This document shows, piece by piece, positions 28,427 to 37,793 of a stretch of DNA of 43,738 nt (its first letter is position 1; each line of letters opens with the position of its first letter). The stretch is from a virus. Taxonomy: Duplodnaviria; Caudoviricetes. The notes beneath the pieces were generated by a model. It saw only the letters and a list, made by a program, of their open reading frames with translations, was not told the DNA's origin and searched no databases. The position numbers and the translations under genes are program-made. Location: the IMG/VR virus record IMGVR_UViG_3300038335_000140, positions 1 through 43,738 of that record; one strand, written 5' to 3'.

Positions 28427-29689
28427 ATGTCGAATGGTGTTATTACTATATTTGAAGATCGTAAGACGAAGGTTGAGCTATCTCAAACTCAGATCCAAGA
28501 TATTCTTTTCTTCAAGAATATCTTGGGTAGTCAGAATGTAAATATTGATTACGATGGTTCGCTACAAATAATGCATTATGTGGGCTTCATATCTAGAGGT
28601 AAGACCAGAATACAAATACTTCCAAAGATTTATGAAAAGGCGGATGTTCGAAGTGCAGAAGAAATAAGAGGTTCTACAAAAGTCCTATACAATTTGCTTC
28701 GTCAGTCTGAATACAACAAAGTGCTTCAGCTGCCTGAAAGTATGAAGTCGGGTATGGATGATTTTGATTTTTTGGAAATCTTTATTGGTATTTTTGCGGA
28801 TAAAATTTTCAAAACCTATTCAACCAGAATGAACCGAGAGTATTTGGAAATTGAAGAAAATAGCCCATTTATAAAAGGTAGAATTAGTTTTCCAAAGACC
28901 TTAAAGCACAATCTGCTTCGAAGAGATTTGCATTATGTCAATTACCAAAGCTTTGAGCATGATAACACAATCAATAATATCGTGAAGACTGTTGCGATTA
29001 AGTTGTTAGAATATACTCGGGATGCTGAGAATAAGAAAAACCTGAAGAAGTCACTGATGTTGCTGGATGATGCTAGGAAAATTGAAATATCATTGCCACT
29101 GATCCAATCAGTTAAGTTTACAAGGCTTAATGTTGAATTTGAGTCCGTTTTCAATATGGCCAAGATGTTTTACTTGAATCTGCAGCCTGAAAACTTTACA
29201 GGTGAAGAATCGGTATTTTCATTCTTAATACCGGTCAATGACCTATATGAACACTTTCTTTTTAAGCTTTTTTCAGATATTGGCGGATATGAGGTGACTC
29301 ATGAAGAGGTTCATAACTTTGCTCGATATCAGGACGGCAGAAATGTGCTTAGAATTAAGCCGGACATTATTGTTCGCAAAAACAATAGTGTTTCTCTTGT
29401 AGCTGATGCCAAATACAAAAATCCTTTCTTCGATAAGGGGATTTACTTAAATATCAGTCGTGATGATATCTATCAGGTTTTTGCGTATTCGAAGGTTTAC
29501 GGCATTAGTAAGACGGCACTTATTTATCCATTGTTTGATGACGTACCGAGTCCTAAGAAGCAAATTATATTGAAAGACGATACAGGAGAGATAGAGCTTA
29601 ATATACTGTGCATTGATATTAAAAATGACAATTATGAAGAGCTAAAAGCTCAATTAGCGACCGAGCTTCTTCAAGAAACCTATGAGTAA
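28427..29689 (+). CDS. mcrC: McrC-family PD-(D/E)xK nuclease subunit
   Basis: YVGFI..IQILPKI, IKPDII..ADAKYK, DIYQVFAYS; follows mcrB. Confidence 0.9.
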   Translation: MSNGVITIFEDRKTKVELSQTQIQDILFFKNILGSQNVNIDYDGSLQIMHYVGFISRGKTRIQILPKIYEKADVRSAEEIRGSTKVLYNLLRQSEYNKVLQLPESMKSGMDDFDFLEIFIGIFADKIFKTYSTRMNREYLEIEENSPFIKGRISFPKTLKHNLLRRDLHYVNYQSFEHDNTINNIVKTVAIKLLEYTRDAENKKNLKKSLMLLDDARKIEISLPLIQSVKFTRLNVEFESVFNMAKMFYLNLQPENFTGEESVFSFLIPVNDLYEHFLFKLFSDIGGYEVTHEEVHNFARYQDGRNVLRIKPDIIVRKNNSVSLVADAKYKNPFFDKGIYLNISRDDIYQVFAYSKVYGISKTALIYPLFDDVPSPKKQIILKDDTGEIELNILCIDIKNDNYEELKAQLATELLQETYE

Positions 29690-29700
29690 GAGGTGACAAG

Positions 29701-30684
29701 ATGGCTAAAAGTTCAAACCAAAAACTAAAATTATTATATCTGCTCAAAATGCTCAATGAAAAGACGGATGAAAATAATACCATGACCATCAATGATATGA
29801 TTGCGGAACTGGAACGTTATGGAATTACGGCGGAACGAAAATCCATATACGACGATCTGGAAGCACTCCGACATTACGGGCTGGATATTGCGATGCAAAA
29901 GACAAAGACGACGGATTATTATGTAGCCAGCAGAGTATTTGAACTGCCGGAGCTAAAGCTACTTGTAGATGCAGTTCAATGCTCTAAGTTTGTTACCCAT
30001 AAGAAAAGCAATGAGTTGATTAAAAAAATCGAAAGCCTGGCCAGTCGTAAACAGGCACAGTCATTACAGCGTCAAGTTTTCGTGACAAATAGAGTTAAGA
30101 CAATCAATGAAAGCATTTACTACAACATTGATAGTCTGCATTTGGCCATAGCACAGAATAAAAAGGTAACCTTCAAGTACTTTGATTATGACATCAGAAA
30201 AGAAAAGGTATTTAGAAAAAATGGCGGTAAGTATACCGTCAGTCCCTATGGTTTATCCTGGGATGATGAAAATTACTATCTGATAACATTTTCAACGAAA
30301 TATGACGGGTTTACGCATTATCGTGTGGATCGTATGACCAATATTGATTTGATTGAAGAGGAACGTGATCCATTGTCGGATAAAGAGCATTTTGATATTG
30401 CGGAATATACCAAGAAGGTTTTCAACATGTTCAATGGTGATGAAGTCATGGTAAATCTGCAGCTGGATAATTCATTGGTAAATGCCGTTGTGGACAGGTT
30501 TGGAAAAGATATTCAGATTGGAAAAGTGGACGATGATAATTTCAATATTTGGATTAAAGTAGCTGTGAGTTCGACGTTCTTTGCTTGGATATCACAGTTT
30601 GGAAATAAGGTGAAGATATTGTCGCCTGAATCTGTTGTTGAGAAGTATATAAGTCATTTAAAAGAAATCAGCTCTTTGTACTAA
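29701..30684 (+). CDS. WYL-domain transcriptional regulator (wHTH-WYL-WCX)
   Basis: ERKSIYDDLEAL HTH; VSPYGLSWDDENYYL, HYRVDRM. Confidence 0.9.
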   Translation: MAKSSNQKLKLLYLLKMLNEKTDENNTMTINDMIAELERYGITAERKSIYDDLEALRHYGLDIAMQKTKTTDYYVASRVFELPELKLLVDAVQCSKFVTHKKSNELIKKIESLASRKQAQSLQRQVFVTNRVKTINESIYYNIDSLHLAIAQNKKVTFKYFDYDIRKEKVFRKNGGKYTVSPYGLSWDDENYYLITFSTKYDGFTHYRVDRMTNIDLIEEERDPLSDKEHFDIAEYTKKVFNMFNGDEVMVNLQLDNSLVNAVVDRFGKDIQIGKVDDDNFNIWIKVAVSSTFFAWISQFGNKVKILSPESVVEKYISHLKEISSLY

Positions 30685-30722
30685 TAGTGAACACAAAAAA
30701 TGTTGAATAGGAGGGTAACAAT

Positions 30723-31034
30723 ATGCGATTTACATTAGTTTTCGAAAACCAACAAGAAGGGATAGGGGCTTCCTATGACTTGCTATTTGCACCAAGCCCA
30801 ATCTGGGATGCGGCAGGCAAAGAAATTTTGAACTTAAATCCACAGGACCCATATTTGAATTCGGGCTCTGTTAAAAGACTCATTGAACATGAACAACTCC
30901 AAGGTATTGAAAAATGTATTATTGTTGTTCACTCTGTTGGGCTGGGAGATGATAAAAGCTTGGCAGTCTTAAAAGCTGATTTAGATCAGATGAAGATAAA
31001 ATACAGTGTTGTAGACTTTAGGGAGATAAAATAG
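30723..31034 (+). CDS. Hypothetical protein (103 aa)
   Basis: SD AGGAGG; co-oriented in island. Confidence 0.7.
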   Translation: MRFTLVFENQQEGIGASYDLLFAPSPIWDAAGKEILNLNPQDPYLNSGSVKRLIEHEQLQGIEKCIIVVHSVGLGDDKSLAVLKADLDQMKIKYSVVDFREIK

Positions 31035-31080
31035 GTACAGCAGACATAGTTGGTATTGATAAAGGGGGAGGTGATATCGA

Positions 31081-32637
31081 GTGGATCATATACTTATTCA
31101 TGAATTTGCAGTCAAGTGGCTAGATAAGTACCGGGATTTAAAAACAACTGAACGTGAAGTGATTGAGACTTTTGCAGATGAGTGTTTTGCAATTGGATTT
31201 GAGATGGATTGCGGACAATCCCTTGAAGACGCCTATCCAAGACAAAATCTGCTTAATGATTATTCAAAACTAGATTCTCATATTGAGGAGATCATTGATA
31301 TCAAATTGCTAGGAAGTGCTATTTTTTCAAAGTGGCGAGGTATTACCCACTGGTCCTATTCCGAAAGCTTGTTATCAGAGGAGAATCGCCCATGGTTCAT
31401 TGTCGCGCTTTCCCGGTTGGCGTTACTTACAGAACCAAATGGATTTTGTCCTTTCGTTCTCAAAGGAAAAGCCAAGAAGATTCGTATCATCTCAAATAAC
31501 GTGGGATATGGTCCACCGCCAAATCCTGACGAGGAAGTTGAACAGCGATTAACTTTGTGTGATGATGGTCGTGTCTGGTTTTCAGGATATAATTTCATTT
31601 ATGAGTCAGATGGCTACAAACGTGGCCGGCAGAAGCAATTTAAATTAGAAAATGAGAAAGCAGATACAGTCTTCTCTGCATTCACACGGTTTTTCAGCGG
31701 TGAATTTATTGATATATTTGCCACAGACATCGGAACCTGGGAAATGACGATCACCAATCAGGATGATGAGGAATTTGTGTTTCGAGGATCACTGTGTGCG
31801 GATTATGAAAACGATGGCACTGATCTCTCAGAGCTTTTGCGTGATGAACTTGGAATAGAGCATCTTTTTGTTTTTGATGGAGATGAAAAGCCAGATATAG
31901 TGAATCGTATTGAGGTGGAGTATCATCATCATACATTGATAAAAACAGAGATGCCAATCAGTAAAACCGCAGATCATGCGATTTGGGACTACTACGAGCA
32001 CTTGATAATCGACAGAACAACAGAAACAATGAGACACCAGCAGAAAATAGGCAGTGAATGTGTTATCAATCGGGAGTATTATGTCAAAGATGGAATTGCT
32101 TGTTTTTTAGATAACATCGATGCAGATTCATTATTTGAATGTATTGAAGGGAATCCGGAAGATGTCATGGTAGATCCCGATGAAACAAAAGACTATACAA
32201 TTACGATTGATTTCAAGAAGCGTCCTCAGTTAATTTTAACTGGAACTTTTGATAAAAGAGGACTTCCAGAGGATTGGCCAGAGCTGGCTGAAGAAATAAG
32301 TTCCTTTATGGCGTTTTATGGTTTGGGCGAGATATTGGATCCGTTAAATTATGGAAAGGCAAGAAGAAGGCCTTCGGATTACATCTTCTGCAGTGTAACT
32401 CTTGAGGAAAACGGCAAGCCGTATTATTATCTTGCAGATGAGGATCATTATAAAGTTGGGGATCTTGTCGAAGTGACTTCCGGATATGATGGACATACGT
32501 CAATTGTCAGGATTGAAAAGATTGAGTATTTTTCAGAAGAAGATGCGCCATATCCTATTGAGAAAATGAAGCACATTGTGAGGATATATTCAGAAAGGGG
32601 TGATGAGAATGGCAACAACGGTAATACAAGCATTTAA
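31081..32637 (+). CDS. Hypothetical acidic multidomain protein (518 aa)
   Basis: SD GGAGGTG, long ORF overlapping the start of the next gene. Confidence 0.8.
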   Translation: MDHILIHEFAVKWLDKYRDLKTTEREVIETFADECFAIGFEMDCGQSLEDAYPRQNLLNDYSKLDSHIEEIIDIKLLGSAIFSKWRGITHWSYSESLLSEENRPWFIVALSRLALLTEPNGFCPFVLKGKAKKIRIISNNVGYGPPPNPDEEVEQRLTLCDDGRVWFSGYNFIYESDGYKRGRQKQFKLENEKADTVFSAFTRFFSGEFIDIFATDIGTWEMTITNQDDEEFVFRGSLCADYENDGTDLSELLRDELGIEHLFVFDGDEKPDIVNRIEVEYHHHTLIKTEMPISKTADHAIWDYYEHLIIDRTTETMRHQQKIGSECVINREYYVKDGIACFLDNIDADSLFECIEGNPEDVMVDPDETKDYTITIDFKKRPQLILTGTFDKRGLPEDWPELAEEISSFMAFYGLGEILDPLNYGKARRRPSDYIFCSVTLEENGKPYYYLADEDHYKVGDLVEVTSGYDGHTSIVRIEKIEYFSEEDAPYPIEKMKHIVRIYSERGDENGNNGNTSI

Positions 32638-33609
32638 TGAATTTTTGAAAGATACAGTTAATCTGGATCCAGAAGTTACTACAAAAGCAAACGGAAGTCG
32701 TGACTGGCTTGTTGATCAAATTGCAAATTTCAAATCAAAAGACAGCTATTTTCCAACGTCATATGTAGATATTAATATTAATTTTGGATCATTTGCTAGA
32801 AAAACGAAGATACGTGAACTAGATGACATTGACATTATGATAGGGCTCAGTGGTCAGGGATCTACATATATGGCTTATTCTAAAAAAATAGAAATCACTG
32901 TATCAAGTGAAGCAACAGATTTATTAAAGCTGTGCCATACAAATTCTACATCGTTGAACTCTAAAAAGGTTGTTAATAAATTTGTATCAGCATGTTCTAG
33001 TGTGCCACAGTACAATAGTGCAGAAATCAAACGAAATCAAGAAGCTGCTATTCTAAACTTAAGTTCTTATCCTTGGAGTTTTGATATAGTGCCATGTTTT
33101 ATTACATCTGAAGATTTTTTAGGAAAGACATACTACCTTATACCTGATGGAAATGGCTATTGGAAAAAACGGATCCAAGGATTGATAAAGAACGGACTAC
33201 TCGAATAAATCAAAATCACGACGGAAATGTTCTTCGAGTAATTAGGATTTTTAAATATTGGAATGGAAGGGCAACAATGCCCTCTATGTCGTCATATTTA
33301 CTGGAAACAATGATATTGAACTATTATGAAGGAAAAACTTCAAAAGCCAGTCAATTTGTTGATATTGAATTTCCCAATGTAATTGCCTACATCCATAATC
33401 ACATAATGGGGGCTGTTGATGATCCAAAGGGTTTACAAGGAAATATTAATAGCTTGACATATGACGAAAAGATAAAAATCCAGAATAAAGCAGCAACAGA
33501 CTACAATGTTGCTATTGCTGCTAGAGAGTTTGAAAATAATAAAGATATGAAGTCTTCAATAGGTAAATGGGGAGAAATATTTGGAAGTGAATTTCCTAAG
33601 TATTATTAG
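32609..33609 (+). pseudogene. SMODS/CD-NTase-like nucleotidyltransferase, frameshifted at A6 tract 33164-33169
   Basis: FGSFARKTKIRELDDIDIM (hGS..DxD), FDIVPCF; one extra A gives continuous WKKTDPR joining ORFs 32600-33208 and 33160-33609. Confidence 0.85.
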
Positions 33610-33621
33610 GGGGGTAAGTCT

Positions 33622-34524
33622 ATGAGCATTAATGAAAAACAGAACACGGATTGGAATCTTAAGAGATTGGCAGCCCAAAGACAATTATATTCAGAAGCAA
33701 AAAGTTTGATGGGGATACAATTCATACTAAGTGGAGCATTTACTGTGGCACTTGCAGTTGTAGGGAATATAATAGACGATAAATATTTTGTATATACGGT
33801 GGTTGCTGCAATCATTATAGCGCTACTCGATGAGTTGCTTATATCCAAATGTATTGATCATGTTAAAGAAGAAGCTGCAACAATTCAAGAAGAGTTTGAT
33901 TGTGATGTATTGGAAATACCACAAAATCATATCAAAATCGGAACTCATTCAATGATGGAAGTCATACAAGAAAAATCAGATAAATACATTGTAAAGAATA
34001 AAAACTACAGCTCGTTAACTAACTGGTATCCGGGTATTGATGATGAAGAAAACCGATTTTATAGGTTGTTTTGTCAAGCTACAAATTGTTGGTGGAACCA
34101 GAATTTAAGAAAATGGTACACGCAGATTTTGGTGAGTGTACTTGCATGTGTATTCATAATATTAATGCTATTAGCAATTATTAAGGGAATTACGGTCTCT
34201 GTATTTTTGATGTCTGTCTTGTCGCCAATACTGCCAGCTTTCGTACTGGTGTATAAAACGATAAAGGACAATGGTAAATCAATTGACAACTTGAATCATA
34301 TGAAGGGGAAACTTGATGAAATAATATGTCGCGCGGAGAGTTCTGAGATTTATTCAGATGAACAATTGATTAAAGACTCAAGGTGTCTGCAAGATATGAT
34401 TTTTGACAATAGAGCATCGAGTCCGTTGATACCGGATAGAGTGTATTTTGGAAAAAGGAAAAAGTTTGAAGTAATTGCCTCTGAGACAAATCGTGAACTT
34501 ATTAAAAAAATAAAGCAGCTATGA
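33622..34524 (+). CDS. S-4TM-family (SMODS-associated) membrane effector
   Basis: QN..LKRLAAQRQLYSEAK, IQEEFDCDVL, two pairs of TM helices; directly after the NTase. Confidence 0.85.
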   Translation: MSINEKQNTDWNLKRLAAQRQLYSEAKSLMGIQFILSGAFTVALAVVGNIIDDKYFVYTVVAAIIIALLDELLISKCIDHVKEEAATIQEEFDCDVLEIPQNHIKIGTHSMMEVIQEKSDKYIVKNKNYSSLTNWYPGIDDEENRFYRLFCQATNCWWNQNLRKWYTQILVSVLACVFIILMLLAIIKGITVSVFLMSVLSPILPAFVLVYKTIKDNGKSIDNLNHMKGKLDEIICRAESSEIYSDEQLIKDSRCLQDMIFDNRASSPLIPDRVYFGKRKKFEVIASETNRELIKKIKQL

Positions 34525-34529
34525 ATTGA

Positions 34530-34560
34530 TAAGAGCCCTCATAATGACGGAAGGCTCTTA
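34530..34560. terminator. Probable bidirectional terminator between the island and immA
   Basis: TAAGAGCC...GGCTCTTA inverted repeat between convergent genes. Confidence 0.5.
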
Positions 34561-35070
34561 ATTACGTAGAAAATCTGTTTTAGAATCAATGGTATTTTTA
34601 AACTGAAAACCTCGTGTATTCATCGAAGATACCTTCAGAGCTATTAGATTAATATCCGTACATAACTCCTTGGAAATCTGTTCGATATCATACCCCTCAT
34701 GAGCCAAGTCAAGAATCCTATCATCAGGAAGAAGAATCTCGGATGCAAAAAGATTGGCTTCATATTCTGGCCGGCTTTTCATATCGTAAAGCATGAACTC
34801 CTGTAAGCAGACTTTTCGGGCTAGATCCTGATGTAAAATATCATGACCAAGTTCATGAGCACAGACCAGTGCTTGGGTGAATGGATCCAATTTCTCGTTG
34901 ATAGCAGCAAAGCGATTACGCTTTAAATATTTATACATACCTTTCAGGTTGCCCAAATCGGCATAGATCACTTGGATACCCATTGCCTCACACAGCTGAA
35001 ATGGGTCACGGGTATCATATTTCTTAACAAGCTTATTGGCTACATGCTGAATATACTCTCTTTTTGGCAC
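34558..35070 (-). CDS. immA: ImmA/IrrE-family metallopeptidase (anti-repressor)
   Basis: TRDPFQL, CAHELGH, EYEANLFASEILL. Confidence 0.9.
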   Translation of the reverse strand: MPKREYIQHVANKLVKKYDTRDPFQLCEAMGIQVIYADLGNLKGMYKYLKRNRFAAINEKLDPFTQALVCAHELGHDILHQDLARKVCLQEFMLYDMKSRPEYEANLFASEILLPDDRILDLAHEGYDIEQISKELCTDINLIALKVSSMNTRGFQFKNTIDSKTDFLRN

Positions 35071-35135
35071 GATAAGTTCACCTCCCCCAGCGTATTAAGT
35101 ATAACAAATAGACTATCCCAAAAAACGGACAGTGA

Positions 35136-35558
35136 TTACTTGTCAGACTCGCTGTTCTTTTTATATTTTTTAGGTGTGTACTTCTTATTGTTATCTTTGG
35201 CCTTCCAATACATATCGGTAATGGCTCTAAAGACCTTATCTTTATCGTCTTCGTTTAATTCTCCTCCGGCAAACAATCCGCCAATCTCATCAACTAAAGT
35301 TTCTGCATCTTTCTTCCCACGAGAACCGTACTTAGTTGCGGCATCCAGAACAAACTGATCTTCTTCACTCATCATGTCTTCGATGGTGGTTCCCAGTGCG
35401 GCACACAATTTATTTAATATAGCCACATCTTTCGGATACCGGGTATTACTTTCATAGTTCTGAATGGAACGAAGTGAAAGACCCGTTCGATTCGCCAATT
35501 CTTGCTGACTAATGTCCAACAAGTTTCTCAGTTCCTTAATTCGATCACCAAATAACAT
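35136..35558 (-). CDS. XRE-family repressor (ImmR-like)
   Basis: FGDRIKELR..SQQELA..SIQNYESNTRYP HTH; upstream of immA. Confidence 0.9.
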   Translation of the reverse strand: MLFGDRIKELRNLLDISQQELANRTGLSLRSIQNYESNTRYPKDVAILNKLCAALGTTIEDMMSEEDQFVLDAATKYGSRGKKDAETLVDEIGGLFAGGELNEDDKDKVFRAITDMYWKAKDNNKKYTPKKYKKNSESDK

Positions 35559-35618
35559 GGCTCAGACTCCTTCCTTTTTTGCTGCATAAGGTGCAGCACC
35601 AAGTGTACTATTTTTTGA

Positions 35619-35648
35619 TTGACAACAGAACATGCGTTCGTGTATAAT
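35619..35648 (+). promoter_or_regulatory. Rightward sigma-A promoter containing a Firmicutes LexA box
   Basis: TTGACA-18-TATAAT; AGAACATGCGTTCG at 35627-35640 matches CGAACRNRYGTTCG at 13/14. Confidence 0.8.
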
Positions 35649-35682
35649 TTGATTAAATCAGAACGCAACATCGTGCGTAATA

Positions 35683-35712
35683 ACTATACCACTAACCGTT
35701 GATATCAGTCAA
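35683..35712 (-). promoter_or_regulatory. Leftward promoter for immR-immA
   Basis: Minus strand TTGACT-18-TATAGT. Confidence 0.6.
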
Positions 35713-35742
35713 CAGAAATATACAAAGAAAGGAAAGAGGCCT

Positions 35743-35841
35743 ATGAGAAGAGAAAGCAAAGTCATGAAACAATGTGCATTAATGTTCAAAGGATTAAACG
35801 TTGAAAGAGAAGGTGTATTACATAAGACCCAATTGTTCTAA
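35743..35841 (+). pseudogene. Truncated 5' copy of the 37203 gene (32 aa)
   Basis: MRRESKVMKQCALMFKGLNVEREGVLHKT then QLF-stop. Confidence 0.85.
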
Positions 35842-35889
35842 TAAAATAGTGGTAATCATCTTTGGATTTGTATTTTAGTTTGTGATAAA

Positions 35890-36417
35890 TTAATATCCAA
35901 GTTTTTTAGCTTCGTCAACAAGTATTTCTTGAATATTGGCAAGAAATGGTTTGAGACAAGTAGCATCCATTTCGTCTGTTATATTAATTAAGGTTTTTAG
36001 TAAAGAAAAATACTCTTGCTTGTTCATATCTTCGCCAACTAATAAGCGAGTGAGCTTATTCATTACTATTAATTCGTCAGGTGCAGATGAAGAATGTGTA
36101 TTCGATTTAGGGCTTGCTATCTTCACGCTTCTGAAAAGGCTACCAAAATATGCCTGTTCACTTAGCTCAGATTGTTCTAGCAGAAATTTTGTGAATGAAC
36201 GTAAACCTTTGGCAGGTGAGGGCATTTCGATATTCGTTTGAAGTTCGATTATAAGGATATTATCTTGTACATCTAGTTTTGTTAACTTCTTTTGAGATGA
36301 GATATTTCCGGGTTTATTATTGAAATGAACAATAGCATTATCTATGTCATTTTCATGTTTTTTAAGTGATCCAGAAAAAGTTGGATTGGCTGCCATCAAA
36401 TTAATTATGTATTTCAT
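35890..36417 (-). CDS. Hypothetical protein (175 aa)
   Basis: SD AGGAGGT and consensus promoter upstream. Confidence 0.75.
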   Translation of the reverse strand: MKYIINLMAANPTFSGSLKKHENDIDNAIVHFNNKPGNISSQKKLTKLDVQDNILIIELQTNIEMPSPAKGLRSFTKFLLEQSELSEQAYFGSLFRSVKIASPKSNTHSSSAPDELIVMNKLTRLLVGEDMNKQEYFSLLKTLINITDEMDATCLKPFLANIQEILVDEAKKLGY

Positions 36418-36437
36418 AATTTACACCTCCTGGTTGT

Positions 36438-36542
36438 ATTATAGTTTGCGAGAATGAAGATGTCAAACAAAAACTCTGTTCATAACAAAATATCTGTTGT
36501 AACAAACTTTGGTTTGTGCTATCATCAGAGTTGGACAGAGTT
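36438..36542. promoter_or_regulatory. Divergent promoter pair with repeated operator-like sites
   Basis: Minus TTGACA-17-TATAAT (36466-36438); plus TTGTAA-17-TATCAT (36497-36525); AACAAAAnnTCTGTT at 36466 and 36484; CAGAGTT at 36526 and 36536. Confidence 0.65.
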
Positions 36543-36619
36543 AAACAAAATGATAGTATTTTAAATATGTTTTAGAATTTTCACAGGCAAACATAATATT
36601 AATCAAGGAGATAAAGCAA

Positions 36620-37168
36620 ATGAAAGATTTTTTAATCACAATTACATTAAAAAGCTTCAAAGAACAATCATTAGGTCAAAAAGATATAAATGTTTATGCA
36701 GATTCAGACAACGTTTATGAAGCACTCAGTAAAGGGTACGGAGAATTAGTTAATCAACTAATAGACGATACTGCTGAACAGTTAATTTTTTCCGACCAGC
36801 CTCATAAGCAGGAGGCAAAATTAACGTATCACACATTAATTCAAGATAAATTTGTTACGAAAATCTGCATAGATCGAGAAAAAATCTGGGATGAGTTAAT
36901 AAACATCTTTGAGCAGGGAGAAAGAAGTTGGAATCTTGAAGAAATAGAAGAGGCGATAAAATCTCTTCAAGAATATTTCGCGTTAGATTATCCGATTGAG
37001 CTACATATACCAACTCAGAAGTATCGCCTAATCATCGATAACATTTTAAGGGTATCACTCTATTATAATTCGATGGTTAAAAATGAGAAGCTCATAGATA
37101 ATGGAGATCTCTCTTACATTACAAAAAAGATAATGGAGATACTTTTAACTTTAGGCGTATCACAGTAA
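36620..37168 (+). CDS. Hypothetical protein (182 aa)
   Basis: SD AAGGAG; AT-rich. Confidence 0.75.
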   Translation: MKDFLITITLKSFKEQSLGQKDINVYADSDNVYEALSKGYGELVNQLIDDTAEQLIFSDQPHKQEAKLTYHTLIQDKFVTKICIDREKIWDELINIFEQGERSWNLEEIEEAIKSLQEYFALDYPIELHIPTQKYRLIIDNILRVSLYYNSMVKNEKLIDNGDLSYITKKIMEILLTLGVSQ

Positions 37169-37202
37169 TCTGGTGAAAAAATAAAAGAAAGGATAGAGGC
37201 CT

Positions 37203-37793
37203 ATGAGAAGAGAAAGCAAAGTCATGAAACAATGTGCATTAATGTTCAAAGGATTAAATGTGGAAAGAGAAGGTGTATTACATAAGACCAAGCTACTGCT
37301 AAAAATATATCGACCAGTGGTCTGGTCAGCATCCAGCCGGGCATTGGAGGTTCGGGAAAGTGCCAGTATTTATTGCAGCCGTACCATGGAGGAAGCGCTT
37401 GAGTATTTAGCGAATTATGCACCGGAGGTGGAACAGGACCGGTTTTCTGAAAAAGTACAAACCCTGTTTGAAACCCAGTGGCTGATCACCATTATTGATA
37501 ATGCCATGAACAAAATCTATGAATATCCGGATAACGGCAAGCTGTACCATGAGATTTTGAGTAAACAGTATCTGACGATCAACAGTTATTCGGAGTTTGA
37601 AATGTTAGAGGCGCTGAATCTGGAGCGAAGCACCTATTACGACAAGAAGAAAGAAGCTATCGAGATTTTTGCCATTTGTCTCTGGGGATATACCATTCCA
37701 TCTATGCGCGGTATTTTTGGTTCTGATAATGATGAAGACACGATTCCGGTATTTTTCAAAAGCGTGGAAGCCCCGACCAATTCCCGACCATAA
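37203..37793 (+). CDS. Putative transcriptional activator with C-terminal HTH (ArpU/RinA-like architecture)
   Basis: LEALNLERSTYYDKKKEAI HTH-like segment; position divergent from the repressor. Confidence 0.55.
   Translation: MRRESKVMKQCALMFKGLNVEREGVLHKTKLLLKIYRPVVWSASSRALEVRESASIYCSRTMEEALEYLANYAPEVEQDRFSEKVQTLFETQWLITIIDNAMNKIYEYPDNGKLYHEILSKQYLTINSYSEFEMLEALNLERSTYYDKKKEAIEIFAICLWGYTIPSMRGIFGSDNDEDTIPVFFKSVEAPTNSRP

Larger units (their letters stand above)
35724..37289 (+). repeat. 106-bp direct repeat (35724-35829 and 37184-37289; 3 mismatches) flanking a two-gene cassette
   Basis: SD plus first 29 codons of ORF 37203 duplicated, offset 1460. Confidence 0.95.

Noticed and set aside
33161-33172. 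IS1-type programmed -1 frameshift A_AAA_AAC
   Set aside because: The zero frame reads TGG AAA AAA CGG, so the heptamer is out of canonical phase; no clear stimulatory hairpin seen
35890-36417. IS200-like Y1 transposase explaining the cassette
   Set aside because: Only vague resemblance; no HUH motif or terminal hairpins
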